This document shows, one piece after another, positions 48,242-58,262 of a stretch of 64,000 bases of DNA. Source of the DNA: Chitinophagales bacterium (GTDB taxonomy: Bacteria > Bacteroidota > Bacteroidia > Chitinophagales > UBA10324); contig DASRAJ010000157.1 in the NCBI GenBank assembly GCA_035638255.1, forward strand, positions 94,827 to 158,826, written 5' to 3'. The translations under genes and the position numbers were made by a program. Positions within the stretch are counted from its first letter, which is position 1, and each line of letters starts with the position of its first letter. Under the pieces are notes generated by a model. It had not been told where the DNA came from, made no database searches, and saw nothing but the letters and a program-made list of their open reading frames with translations.

Positions 48242-48999
48242 GCATTAGCACCTTCGCATTGCTTGTGCTTTTTGTGCTGGTAATCAATTTGCTTTTGGTG
48301 AGCCGCAACAAAAGGCTGACACACCGCAATGAGGTCCTTGAAATGAAAACCTCCTTCGAGAAAGAGTTGATGAAAACACAAGTGGAAGTCGCAGAAAATA
48401 CACTCAACGATATTGCCCGCGATTTGCACGATGATGTAGGACAGATGCTTACGTTCAGCATCATTCAGCTTAACAACATTCGACCGATGCCCGATGCAGC
48501 GACAGAAAAAAATATCGCGGCAGCCCGCGAGTCGGTACAAAACACACTTCAAAGTGTACGCAGTATTTCGAAAACACTCAGCAATGATTATCTTTCTTCT
48601 TTTGGAATGGAGGAATCTTTAAAGAGATTGTTTGAGCGAATTGCAAGACAGGGTATCGTCAGGACTACTCTTGTTTTCCCTGCAAACGTCCTGTTTAGTT
48701 CCCGGTCTAATGAAGTGTTTGCCTTTCGCATTATTCAGGAATTGGTCACAAATACTCTGAAACATTCCGGTGCAACAGAATTGTCACTGATCATCAGCGA
48801 AGCGGACGGTAATATTCAAATAGAGTATAGTGACAACGGCAAAGGGTTGCATGGAGATCAATTTAACAATGAGCAACTAAAAAACAGCCTGGGCTTTACG
48901 AATATTTTCAAGCGGGCGGAATTAATGCATGGCGAAATCACCATTTCAAATAATTCAGAAGGTGGATTCTATCTTCGTCTTTCATTTCCGAATAAGTAA
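48205..48999 (+). CDS. HisKA_3-type sensor histidine kinase (kinase core)
   Basis: H-box ARDLHDDVGQMLT, N-box ELVTNTLKHSGA, G1 DNGKGL, C-terminal GEITISNNSEGGFYLRLSFP. Confidence 0.8.
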   Translation: MDPKAWDIIFSVGISTFALLVLFVLVINLLLVSRNKRLTHRNEVLEMKTSFEKELMKTQVEVAENTLNDIARDLHDDVGQMLTFSIIQLNNIRPMPDAATEKNIAAARESVQNTLQSVRSISKTLSNDYLSSFGMEESLKRLFERIARQGIVRTTLVFPANVLFSSRSNEVFAFRIIQELVTNTLKHSGATELSLIISEADGNIQIEYSDNGKGLHGDQFNNEQLKNSLGFTNIFKRAELMHGEITISNNSEGGFYLRLSFPNK

Positions 49000-49053
49000 G
49001 AGTATTTCAACGCGTGATCAAGAGCGCAAAATCAAAACGAAACCTTCCCCAAT

Positions 49054-49737
49054 ATGCAGATCAAAATTGCACTTACCGACGATCACCAATTGGTGCGAAG
49101 CGGCATAAAAATGCTCATTGAAAATTTTCCGGAATTCAAAGTTGTCGTCGAGGCATCAAATGGAAAGGAGCTTCTGGAAAAACTCGCACTGCTAAAAGTT
49201 CTGCCTGAAATTGCAATGGTTGATGTTGCTATGCCGGTAATGGATGGATTTGAAACAACAAGAGAGTTGATTAGACAATACCCAAAGCTGAGGGTTGTAG
49301 CCTTGTCAGTCCATGATGATCTCCAAAGCGTGAATAGTATGATTGAAAGCGGAGCGAATGCTTACTTACTCAAAGATTCTTCTCCGCAAATTGTAAGGAA
49401 CACGTTGCAGCAGGTTTTTGAAAAAGGATATTACTACGATAAGTTTGTGATCGAAAGTTTGATGAAAGCAAGGCAGAAGCAGCAAGATGATGAACTGAAA
49501 AAAAACAACAGGTCGGGCCGTAACTCCGGAATTGATCCTGCATCACTTCTCACAGTCAGAGAGATTGAGTTCATGAAGCATAGCTGCAGCGAACTCACCT
49601 ATAAAGAAATTGCTGACCTCATGGAGGTTAGTTTGCGAACAGTTGACGGCTATCGCGAATCGGTATTCTCCAAACTTGATTTGAAATCAAGAACCGGAAT
49701 TGTTTTGTATGCTATTCATAAAGGATTGGCCCAGTAA
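49054..49737 (+). CDS. NarL/LuxR-family response regulator
   Basis: REC domain (IALTDDH...MVDVAMPVMDG...ALSVH) and a C-terminal LuxR HTH (LTVREIEFMKHSCSELTYKEIADLMEVSLRTVDGYRESVFSKL). Confidence 0.9.
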   Translation: MQIKIALTDDHQLVRSGIKMLIENFPEFKVVVEASNGKELLEKLALLKVLPEIAMVDVAMPVMDGFETTRELIRQYPKLRVVALSVHDDLQSVNSMIESGANAYLLKDSSPQIVRNTLQQVFEKGYYYDKFVIESLMKARQKQQDDELKKNNRSGRNSGIDPASLLTVREIEFMKHSCSELTYKEIADLMEVSLRTVDGYRESVFSKLDLKSRTGIVLYAIHKGLAQ

Positions 49738-49828
49738 AAGAAGAAGTGGTTGTATCAATTAATTTTGTCTGGAAAATTGGAGGTGATTTTTTACATTAGT
49801 TCCCGCAGTTAACCAAAAATCAAAAACC

Positions 49829-50491
49829 ATGAAAAAATATTTATTCGCCTTTTGGTTCGCCCTGACCGCAACGGGACTTTCAGCACAAACCGTAAACAAT
49901 AAATTAAGTTTTACTGCCGGGGGAGGGTTTCAGTTTTACTACGGGGATCTCGGAAACAACATCTATAAACTTAACCCTTCCTCCTATGGCTCAGTAAATA
50001 TTTCGCTGGGATATTACTTAACAAGATCCTTCGATGCCGGCTTCTTGGGATTCGTAGGTGACTACGGATATTGTCAAACTGAGGAAATGAAAAACACGGA
50101 GGTTCCCTTAAGCGACAGATGCCCCGGTTGTACAGCAAGAATAGGAATGGGGAATTTGAATTCGCGGTTGACTTCAGAAGGAATTTTCCTGAGATACAAA
50201 ATTGCCAATGGGTATCTCTTTTCTGAAAGCTCGAGAATAAGGCCGTACATTTTCTCAGGTGTAGTATTCAATCATGTAAGTGACCGGATGAAAAAGAATT
50301 GCGTTGTTGCAGGCAATTACTATTCGGTAAACAACGGTTTGGGCTTGCGGTATTATATGACTGAAAAAATCAGCATCGGTTGCGATCTTACAGTTGGTTA
50401 TTTCCTAAGCGATAAGCTTGATTATATCAAAAGATGTAGAAACGATATGTACATTCAAAACACTTTCTTTCTCGGAATAGATTTGTTCTAA
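49829..50491 (+). CDS. outer-membrane beta-barrel protein
   Basis: Signal peptide (ALTATGLSAQ), alternating beta-strand pattern, C-terminal FFLGIDLF. Confidence 0.65.
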   Translation: MKKYLFAFWFALTATGLSAQTVNNKLSFTAGGGFQFYYGDLGNNIYKLNPSSYGSVNISLGYYLTRSFDAGFLGFVGDYGYCQTEEMKNTEVPLSDRCPGCTARIGMGNLNSRLTSEGIFLRYKIANGYLFSESSRIRPYIFSGVVFNHVSDRMKKNCVVAGNYYSVNNGLGLRYYMTEKISIGCDLTVGYFLSDKLDYIKRCRNDMYIQNTFFLGIDLF

Positions 50492-50521
50492 TGGTAATAG
50501 TAAGCACTGTTTCGGTGAAAT

Positions 50522-50923
50522 TCACCGATAGCGAAACACGTAGATCAGGCACAGGCGGAACAGTACATCGAGAAAAACAAAAAGCAGGTAGGCGTAAATA
50601 AAAAGAATTCTCGAGATCGTAAAATCTTTAATGAGAAATACTACTATAGAAAGGAGCAACGCATGAAAGATGATCGCTAAAAAATGCTTCGGAAGTGATC
50701 GGCCGAAAAACTCATATTGCTCCCCCCCATAAAGCTTCAGCACCAGAGCGGTGATAATCCAGCAAAGCAGAAGTGCAACGGATGCTTTGAGAAAGTAAAT
50801 TTGAAAATTGGGTTTGAAATGTCCCCAGATCAAAAGGTATGCAAGAATAAAAGAAAAGATGAGCAGAAAAACATCTCCTGCCAGATTTAACAATGAATAA
50901 AGGCGTAACCTTTCTCGAATCAT
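50522..50923 (-). CDS. 133-aa polytopic membrane protein resembling only the N-terminal TM module of a polyprenyl-phosphate sugar transferase (possible fragment)
   Basis: From MIRERLRLYSLLNLAGDVFLLIFSFILAYLL... there are 4 TM helices and no catalytic C-terminal domain. The longer track ORF (to 51073) extends through repeat copy B and is not believed. Confidence 0.4.
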   Translation of the reverse strand: MIRERLRLYSLLNLAGDVFLLIFSFILAYLLIWGHFKPNFQIYFLKASVALLLCWIITALVLKLYGGEQYEFFGRSLPKHFLAIIFHALLLSIVVFLIKDFTISRILFIYAYLLFVFLDVLFRLCLIYVFRYR

Positions 50924-50950
50924 ATTCAGGAACGGATTTTTCTGTTCGTA

Positions 50951-51038
50951 GTGCGAGCGCCGTGGTGGTGTCACTGACCAATCCCTCAGTACAACAAAGA
51001 GGCGCGAGCAATTTTTCAGGCAATGAAGATAAAAAAAG
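50951..51038. repeat. dispersed intergenic repeat, copy B (compact form)
   Basis: gtgcgagcgccgtggtggtgtcactgaccaa...ggcgcgagcaatttttcaggcaatgaagataaaaa joins the left and right halves seen separately in copy A. Confidence 0.7.
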
Positions 51039-51217
51039 TCAATGCAAATTATTTCACAGGCTGAGACCCACAATCATTGCATGGGTGTTAACGACTACTG
51101 ATAGAATCATTGAGCCAATTAATCCGAGGCCAAAAAAGTGAGCGCTAAAAAAAATAGCGCAAGCGAAAATCACCCGCGCTATTGCAATTTCTATTTTTCC
51201 TGAAATGAAAAACGCTT

Positions 51218-51775
51218 CTACATGGGACTATCTTTCTTCATCATCGAAGAATCACCTGAAGATGCTTGCGGCGGCATCATTCCCATTTGCTGCATCATGG
51301 TCGCCATATCTATTATTCCCCAGTGGTCAGTTATTTTTCCGTCCTTAAATTTTAAAGCATCAGAAAAATCAAAACTCATTTCCTTATTCGAGACGGGCAT
51401 ACCCATGAATGACCCAGAGTTGGTTCCCTTGAAGGTTCCGTATTGCATCACCCAATCTCCCTCGGCAACCGTAGCCGTAATGGTAGATTTACCATTGGGG
51501 AATGCGGTGTGAAAAGAAGATATGATCTTCCTCAATATTTCTTTTGATGAGCCGGTCATACCGGGAGGCGGAGAATGGTCAACAGCATCATCAGAGAGGA
51601 GACTGTCAACGATTGTTGTGTCGCCGGCATCAAAGGCATCATCTAACCTTTGAACAAGCGCTTTGTTTTTTTCAAGCGTGTTGTTTTCTTTTTTCATCGT
51701 TCCATTGTCGTTGCATGAAGCGATGACAAAGAAAATTAATGCCGTAAAAATCAGGAGCAGAGATGGTGTCTTCAT
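51218..51775 (-). CDS. SnoaL-like (ester cyclase family) lipoprotein
   Basis: Signal with SCN lipobox. NKALVQRLDDAFDAGD...DDAVDHSPPPG......F...FPNG...I..TVAEGDWV...GTF.GTNSG.FMGMP..NKE.SF...D...FKDGKI.DHWG is the typical ester-cyclase pattern. The start is moved to MKTPSLL. Confidence 0.75.
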   Translation of the reverse strand: MKTPSLLLIFTALIFFVIASCNDNGTMKKENNTLEKNKALVQRLDDAFDAGDTTIVDSLLSDDAVDHSPPPGMTGSSKEILRKIISSFHTAFPNGKSTITATVAEGDWVMQYGTFKGTNSGSFMGMPVSNKEMSFDFSDALKFKDGKITDHWGIIDMATMMQQMGMMPPQASSGDSSMMKKDSPM

Positions 51776-52138
51776 GTTGATGTTTTTTGTGAGGAAATTT
51801 TGTGGCCAAAAGATACGAGCGGCATTTTGGAATTTCATTTCTTAAACATTTTTTTATTCCACAAGAGGATTCAATTGCGTTGCGTCGTTAAACTGTCTGA
51901 TGGGGGAGCAATACATCGCCCCTCAATAGACTCAATTTGTTAGGAGCACGTGCATGATTGAAATGAAAGTTAAGAGCGCCGACACTATTGATCTTCTGAC
52001 TTTTCTGTTCTCTCCACAGAAGTAAAGGTTCTATGAAGGTTCACGTATGTTGATTTAGCAACCTGAAAAAATTCCCCATTAGATTTGTGCGATCAATGTT
52101 CAATATTTAATCCCTCAGAGGGGTACGGAATTTTTCGA

Positions 52139-53263
52139 ATGAAACACCTCATCTTCTTTTTAATATTTCCCCTGTCGGTAAGTTCACAGGATGCTGATGT
52201 CTGGAAGAGGATTGATCATTTTGCAGAGAATACTTCTCCTGAGAATTTCACAGATGTTAACGAGTTCGGCAATTTTATCAATCAGCATTATTCAACGGCA
52301 AATGAAAAATCCCGCTTCATATACACTTGGATTGCAATCCACATCAGTTACGATACAGACTGTTTTTTGGGAAGAAACGATAACAAACAGGATGCAGAGT
52401 CCGTCTTTACAACGAAGAGGGCGGTGTGTGAAGGGTATGCAAATTTGTTCGACAAATTGTGCTGGTTAACCGGAGTAACAAGCATGAAAGTAGAGGGTCT
52501 TGGAGCAAGGCAAGCACACTCGCAGCATGCATGGAATGCCATAAAGGTGAATGGCACATGGTATCTTATTGATGTAACCTGGGCATCAGGTGGTTTAGAC
52601 AGCAGCAATCAATTCGAACATGCCTTTTCTGACTATTATTTCCTCACACAACCCGAACAATTTATTCATGAACATCTGCCTTACGATCCCATGTGGCAGC
52701 TTCTACGCAGCCCCGTGACCAAGAAAGATTTTTTTAACAAAAAATTTGCTGTCATATCAACTATTGGTTCCTTTTCTTTTGAAGATACTATTGCAAACTA
52801 TTTAGCACTCGACAGCGTCCGGCGTGAGTACGATTTTTACAGGAGATCATTCGCATTTGATCCTTTCAATTCTTTGGTGAAAGAAGGTTATACATACTCA
52901 CTCATGTTGGTTGCGAATAGCTACATCCACCAAGGTGATGATCGGTTCAACGATTATTTTAAAATAAAGAAACTTGCATTTGACTCTGCTCAAATCTTTG
53001 CTGGCAAAAGAGAGCAGGTAACTCTGTTGTTAGACAGTTGTTCACAATATTATTATGAGGCAAATCATATTTTTCAAAACCTGGACGCGCCGTCGCAGCC
53101 GGAGAACCTCATCGCGCTGAAAGAAAATCGCATGGTAATAGCTGAGAGATACCGCAATCTTGCCGAGGAAAAAAATTTCGTGAAATACTATTTCTCAGCA
53201 TCGCCTGAAAAGAGAGCGTCAGTTCTTCACAGTTATCTGAAAATATTAAATTTCAAGTTTTAA
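52139..53263 (+). CDS. transglutaminase-like cysteine peptidase domain protein
   Basis: Catalytic core RAVCEGYANLF......HAWNAIKVNGTWYLIDVTW (Cys-His-Asp arrangement). The start is moved to MKHLIFF. Confidence 0.8.
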   Translation: MKHLIFFLIFPLSVSSQDADVWKRIDHFAENTSPENFTDVNEFGNFINQHYSTANEKSRFIYTWIAIHISYDTDCFLGRNDNKQDAESVFTTKRAVCEGYANLFDKLCWLTGVTSMKVEGLGARQAHSQHAWNAIKVNGTWYLIDVTWASGGLDSSNQFEHAFSDYYFLTQPEQFIHEHLPYDPMWQLLRSPVTKKDFFNKKFAVISTIGSFSFEDTIANYLALDSVRREYDFYRRSFAFDPFNSLVKEGYTYSLMLVANSYIHQGDDRFNDYFKIKKLAFDSAQIFAGKREQVTLLLDSCSQYYYEANHIFQNLDAPSQPENLIALKENRMVIAERYRNLAEEKNFVKYYFSASPEKRASVLHSYLKILNFKF

Positions 53264-53366
53264 GAGTTGGTTTTATGAGGTCAGGAATTAGGGTGTGATA
53301 TTCCCCGGAAAAAATTGCCTTGCCTGTATCTTTTCAATCTTTCTCCGTTCTGAGAGAAAACATTTC

Positions 53367-55721
53367 ATGAAAAGAACATTCTCGTTTATCACCGTATTCC
53401 TATTTTTCTCTGCAATTCTTTCCGCCCAAACACCCACTCAAACCGTTCGTGGTACAGTGGTAGAGCAACACGTTGAAACACCCTTGCCCGGCGCCAATGT
53501 GATAGTTGTCGGAAGCGATCCTGTCATTGGATCATCCACGGATGACAACGGAAACTTCAGATTGGAGCATGTGCCTGTAGGCAATCATGTTCTTCAAATC
53601 ACTTACATGGGTTACAAGGATGCGGCAATAAACATTCTTGTGAATGCCGGAAAGGAAACTGTTGTGTCAATACAGCTTGAACAAAATGTTGTGGAAGGAA
53701 AAGAAGTGGTGGTCACTGCAGATTCCCGTAAAGACAAACCGTTAAACGAAATGTCAAGCGTGAGCGCGCGAACTTTTTCAGTGGAAGAAACACAGAAATA
53801 TGCAGCGGCCGTAAATGATCCTGCCCGTATGGCGCTGGCGTTTGCAGGAGTGGTTTCAGCAGATGACGGTAATAATAAAATTGTGATTCGCGGCAATGCA
53901 CCCAATGGTTTGTTGTGGCGCATGGAAGGTGTTGATATTCCAAATCCCAACCATTTTTCTGATGTAGGAACCGCAGGCGGTGGCATTTCGATTTTGAGTT
54001 CGCAATTGCTCGCCAATTCTGATTTCATTACCGGCGCATTTGCTGCTGAATATGGGAACGCCTTGTCAGGAGTATTCGATTTGAAATTGCGGAAAGGAAA
54101 TAACGAGCGAAATGAATTTACACTTCAGGCAGGGTTTCTTGGATTGAATGTGGCAGCAGAAGGTCCGTTCAGCAAAAACTGCAAGGGATCTTATCTCGTG
54201 AACTATCGCTATTCTACACTCAGCATTCTCAGCTATCTCGGACTTCTTGATCATACGAGTGTCACCAACTTTCAGGATCTGTGCTACAACATTTATCTTC
54301 CGACAAAGAAGGCAGGTTACTTCACGCTGTTTGGCTTCGGAGGATTGAGTGATGAAACTTCACGCGCACCAAAGGATTCTTCGAAGTGGACGAATTATTA
54401 TGATCGCTACAGCGAAAAATTTTATGCGAATACAGGAGCGGCAGGATTCACTCATGGAATCATCATTAATTCACGCACGTATCTGAAATCTGCATTAGTG
54501 CTTTCTTATGCAGGCAACGGTGACAATACAAGTCACTATACTCAGGATTATTCTTCTCTCACAGACGATCTGCTCAGTTATGTGCAGAAAAAAATTACAC
54601 TCAGCTCAACGTTGAACTACAAATTCGATTCACGCAATTCACTCCGCGCCGGAGCCATCGCAAACAAATTGGTGTATGATCTTTCTGATCAGTGGCTCAA
54701 CGATTCTACGAGCCTGCTTCAAACCTATATCTCGAATAACGGCAGTACCTACACGGTGCAAACATTTGCGCAATGGCAATTCAGATTGAACGATGCCATC
54801 ACTTTCAACGCCGGTTTTCATTACCTCTATCTTTTCCTCAACAATACATCTTCAGTCGAGCCGCGCGCTGCAGTAAGCTGGGCATTGAATGAAAAGCAAA
54901 CCTTAAGTGCTGCATACGGTCTCGTGAGCCAGATGCTGCCGATTGGTGTGTACTTCGCGCAAGCGCAGGATGAGCAGGGTAATATTTCCTTGCCGAATAA
55001 AAACTTATCGTTCACAAAGGCAAATCACTTTGTGCTGTCCTATGATTATTTGTTCTCGCCCAATGTTCATTTGAAAACAGAGGTGTATTACCAGGGTCTT
55101 TTCAATGTTCCTGTTGATGCTGATTCAGCAACTTCTTTTTCAATGCTCAATCTCTCGCAGGGTCTTGTCACTGATAACCTGGGAAATACCGGCACAGGAA
55201 AAAATTATGGCGTTGAATTCACGCTCGAAAAATTTCTGAGTAAAAATTATTACGCTCTTTTGTCAACCTCAATTTATCAATCGAAGTACAAAGGTTCAGA
55301 TGGCGTGCTGCGAAACACGCGCTATAATGGGAGCTATGCGGTTACCTTCACCGCAGGAAAAGATTTTTCTTTCAGGCAAAAATTTAAGAACCGTGTGTGG
55401 GGATTGAATGCAAAGGTGATTTACTCAGGTGGTTTCCGCGATACACCGATCGATCTTGAAGCATCTCGGCAAGATGGAGAAGCCGTGTATGTCAATACCG
55501 AAGCATTCACCAAAAAGATTCCTGATTATTTCAGGACTGATGTGGGAATCAGTTTGAAGCACAACAAAGCCAAATCTACGGGCACGTGGTCGCTCGACAT
55601 TCAAAATGCAACGAACAGACAAAATGTTTTTGTTCAGTACTACGATCCTCATCAGCAAAAAATTGTGACAGCTTATCAAACGCCGCTGATTCCGGTGTTG
55701 AATTATAAGATTGAGTTTTAG
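53367..55721 (+). CDS. TonB-dependent receptor with carboxypeptidase-regulatory-like N-terminal domain
   Basis: Signal peptide, VRGTVVE...PLPGANV...TDDNGNFRL (CarbopepD_reg), plug region, and a long beta-barrel ending in ..LNYKIEF. Confidence 0.9.
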   Translation: MKRTFSFITVFLFFSAILSAQTPTQTVRGTVVEQHVETPLPGANVIVVGSDPVIGSSTDDNGNFRLEHVPVGNHVLQITYMGYKDAAINILVNAGKETVVSIQLEQNVVEGKEVVVTADSRKDKPLNEMSSVSARTFSVEETQKYAAAVNDPARMALAFAGVVSADDGNNKIVIRGNAPNGLLWRMEGVDIPNPNHFSDVGTAGGGISILSSQLLANSDFITGAFAAEYGNALSGVFDLKLRKGNNERNEFTLQAGFLGLNVAAEGPFSKNCKGSYLVNYRYSTLSILSYLGLLDHTSVTNFQDLCYNIYLPTKKAGYFTLFGFGGLSDETSRAPKDSSKWTNYYDRYSEKFYANTGAAGFTHGIIINSRTYLKSALVLSYAGNGDNTSHYTQDYSSLTDDLLSYVQKKITLSSTLNYKFDSRNSLRAGAIANKLVYDLSDQWLNDSTSLLQTYISNNGSTYTVQTFAQWQFRLNDAITFNAGFHYLYLFLNNTSSVEPRAAVSWALNEKQTLSAAYGLVSQMLPIGVYFAQAQDEQGNISLPNKNLSFTKANHFVLSYDYLFSPNVHLKTEVYYQGLFNVPVDADSATSFSMLNLSQGLVTDNLGNTGTGKNYGVEFTLEKFLSKNYYALLSTSIYQSKYKGSDGVLRNTRYNGSYAVTFTAGKDFSFRQKFKNRVWGLNAKVIYSGGFRDTPIDLEASRQDGEAVYVNTEAFTKKIPDYFRTDVGISLKHNKAKSTGTWSLDIQNATNRQNVFVQYYDPHQQKIVTAYQTPLIPVLNYKIEF

Positions 55722-55834
55722 ACCTTTATTTTTTCGGACTCTGGTGTATCTCAATTATTCTATCCGGCCCGGAAAAATTCACTTGCCTCTGAAATCACCA
55801 ATAACTTTTGCATCTTGTGAAGAAATTTTAAGCT

Positions 55835-56179
55835 ATGAAAATAAATAACATCGAAGGACTTACCATGAAAGAGTTGCAGGATGAAGTTGATCGCGGAGGA
55901 AAATTTGTGATGTACCAATATTGCGTCTCCCTCCTCGTAGTGACCTTTCGCCGGCCGACTGATATTTATTTTGTTCGCGGAAACGAAAGTGCAGTTGGAA
56001 AAGGGATTCAATATTCCTGTATTTCATTCGTGGCAGGATGGTGGGGAATTCCCTGGGGACCCATCTATACCATAGGTAGCTTGATTAACAACTTCGGAGG
56101 TGGAAAAGATGTTACCATCGGAGTCATGCAATCATTGCAGCAGGCAGCACAGCAAGTTGAGCAAGCTCCTAAGAATTAA
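55835..56179 (+). CDS. hypothetical small membrane protein
   Basis: 114 aa with two hydrophobic segments (YCVSLLVVTF, ISFVAGWWGIPWGPIYTIG). Confidence 0.55.
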   Translation: MKINNIEGLTMKELQDEVDRGGKFVMYQYCVSLLVVTFRRPTDIYFVRGNESAVGKGIQYSCISFVAGWWGIPWGPIYTIGSLINNFGGGKDVTIGVMQSLQQAAQQVEQAPKN

Positions 56180-56231
56180 TTTATTCATTGCCATCCCAAA
56201 TATTTTTTTTGTCAATTGCTTACTAGCTGTA

Positions 56232-56273
56232 CCTATTGCCTATTGCCTATTGCCTATTGCCTACAGCCTACTT
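56232..56273. repeat. tandem heptanucleotide array (CCTATTG x4 plus 2 degenerate units)
   Basis: Read directly. It lies about 65 nt upstream of the yidC start. Confidence 0.9.
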
Positions 56274-56336
56274 CTTCCCGTGCATTCTCTCTTCGCCAAA
56301 ATCCCCTAAGTTTGCGCGCCTCTTTAAAACACCTGG

Positions 56337-58184
56337 ATGGATCGGAATACAGTTATTGGTTTTGTTCTTATTGCTCTTTTAATCATTGCTTACACCTACT
56401 TCAACACGCCCTCGGCAGAGCAGTTGAAACAAAAACATAAGGAGGATTCTATTGCTTTGGTTCAGCAACACTCCCGGGCACCCGGGACTGATTCATTGCA
56501 GCAAGTGAATCCTTCAGATACTGTGAAAGTGGCAACTGCTTCCCCAGGGGTAAAGGAGTTCCAACAAATTTTCCCTGACACCACCAACCAAAATGAAGAG
56601 CAATTCACTATAGAAAATGAAGTTTTAAAACTCACACTGTCGAACAGGGGAGGAAAGGTTGTTTCAGTGGAGTTGAAAAAATTCAGGACGTATGATCATA
56701 AACCGCTTGTTCTTTTTACTCCCGAGAATACTAAATTCGATTACACTTTTTTCGCGGGAACAGAAAAGATTGAAACAAACAATCTTCCTTTCAAGCCTGA
56801 ATCAACTTCCTTCTCCGTAGCAGGAAAAGACTCCGGAACATTTACGTTTCGCGCATACAACGGTGCATCGCGCTACCTCGAGCAGAAGTACGTGATGAAA
56901 GGAAATTCCTACATGGTGGATTATTCATTTTCGATGGTCGGAATGGATAGCTTGTTTCGCAATGCTGACTCGTATGTGAGTCTCGCCTGGGATACAAAAT
57001 ACAACCGCACCGAAAAAGATTTGTCGCAGGAGAGAACCTATTCTTCTGTCTATTTCCGCACCTGGAATGATGATGTGAACAGCATATCAGAAAGATCAAC
57101 AGGCGAGATGCACGCGCCCGGAAAAGTGCAATGGGTGTCAGGTAAAACACACTTCTTCAACTGTGCCTTAATTGCTAAAAATCCCTTTGATCAGGGTGAT
57201 GTTAGCTCGCAGTTTGATCTTAATGCAACCGATTATGTGAAGGAACTGAAAGCAGCATTGGTATTGCCGTATGACAGTAAGCAGAAGAATGTTTCTTTTC
57301 CCATGCAGTTCTATTTCGGTCCCAACAACTGGCAGGAACTGAAAAAATTTGACATTGAATTAGAGCAGGTAATTCCGATTGGTGCCGGGTTGTTCGGGTT
57401 CATCTCATCACCGCTCAACAAATTTTTTTTCATCCCCCTCTTTAATTTTCTCAATAATTATTTTACCAATTATGGATTGATCATTTTGATCATGACGCTT
57501 TTGCTGCGCATCATTCTCTTCCCGCTCACATATCGCTCATTCGTATCTGCTGCCAAGATGCGTGTGCTGAAGCCGGAGATTGATGAACTGAAAGCAAAGT
57601 ATGGTGATGACCAGGCAAAGTTTGGTCAGGAGCAAATGAAGCTTTTCAAACAGGCGGGAGTGAGTCCGCTTGGCGGATGTTTGCCACTGCTGTTGCAACT
57701 TCCGATTCTCGCGGCGATGTACACCTTCTTCCCGCAATCTATCGAGCTGAGGCAACAACCTTTTTGGTGGGTCACCGATCTATCTACGTATGATTCCATT
57801 TACACGTTCCATACAGCCATTCCCTTTTATGGCAATCACATTTCACTCTGGACTATCATCATGACGGTGACGTCAATCGGATTCGCCGTCTATAACAATC
57901 AGCTCAGCGGGGTCACCGGGCAAATGAAATGGATGGCCTATATCATGCCTGTGATGTTGCTGGGAATTTTTAATTCGCTGCCCGCTGCGCTTACATATTA
58001 TTACTCACTTTCTAACGTCATTGCATTTCTGCAACAGTTCCTCGTTAAGAATTTTATTATTGATGAACAAGCCATACACCGCCAAATTCAGGAGAACAAA
58101 AAGAAGCCGGTGAAAAAATCCAGTTGGGCAAAACGGCTGGAAGATTTACAGCGAGCGCAGCAACAACGACAAAAAGGAAAATGA
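56337..58184 (+). CDS. yidC: membrane protein insertase YidC
   Basis: Long periplasmic domain, then the conserved core GLIILIMTLLLRIILFPLT..S..S.AKM..L.PE...L..KY.DD......E.M.L.K..GV.PLGGCLP.L.Q.PI. 615 aa. Confidence 0.9.
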   Translation: MDRNTVIGFVLIALLIIAYTYFNTPSAEQLKQKHKEDSIALVQQHSRAPGTDSLQQVNPSDTVKVATASPGVKEFQQIFPDTTNQNEEQFTIENEVLKLTLSNRGGKVVSVELKKFRTYDHKPLVLFTPENTKFDYTFFAGTEKIETNNLPFKPESTSFSVAGKDSGTFTFRAYNGASRYLEQKYVMKGNSYMVDYSFSMVGMDSLFRNADSYVSLAWDTKYNRTEKDLSQERTYSSVYFRTWNDDVNSISERSTGEMHAPGKVQWVSGKTHFFNCALIAKNPFDQGDVSSQFDLNATDYVKELKAALVLPYDSKQKNVSFPMQFYFGPNNWQELKKFDIELEQVIPIGAGLFGFISSPLNKFFFIPLFNFLNNYFTNYGLIILIMTLLLRIILFPLTYRSFVSAAKMRVLKPEIDELKAKYGDDQAKFGQEQMKLFKQAGVSPLGGCLPLLLQLPILAAMYTFFPQSIELRQQPFWWVTDLSTYDSIYTFHTAIPFYGNHISLWTIIMTVTSIGFAVYNNQLSGVTGQMKWMAYIMPVMLLGIFNSLPAALTYYYSLSNVIAFLQQFLVKNFIIDEQAIHRQIQENKKKPVKKSSWAKRLEDLQRAQQQRQKGK

Positions 58185-58262
58185 TGGAATGATTTTTGGC
58201 CAAAAACTGATTATTTTCCTGAGAATAGTTACCTTTATTTTCTAAACAAAAAAAACCAAACC

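Noticed and set aside
56100-56440. ORFs 56100..56309 and 56216..56440 upstream of yidC
   Set aside because: They are created by the CCTATTG heptamer array (LLPIAYCLLPIAY translation) and overlap the real yidC start region.
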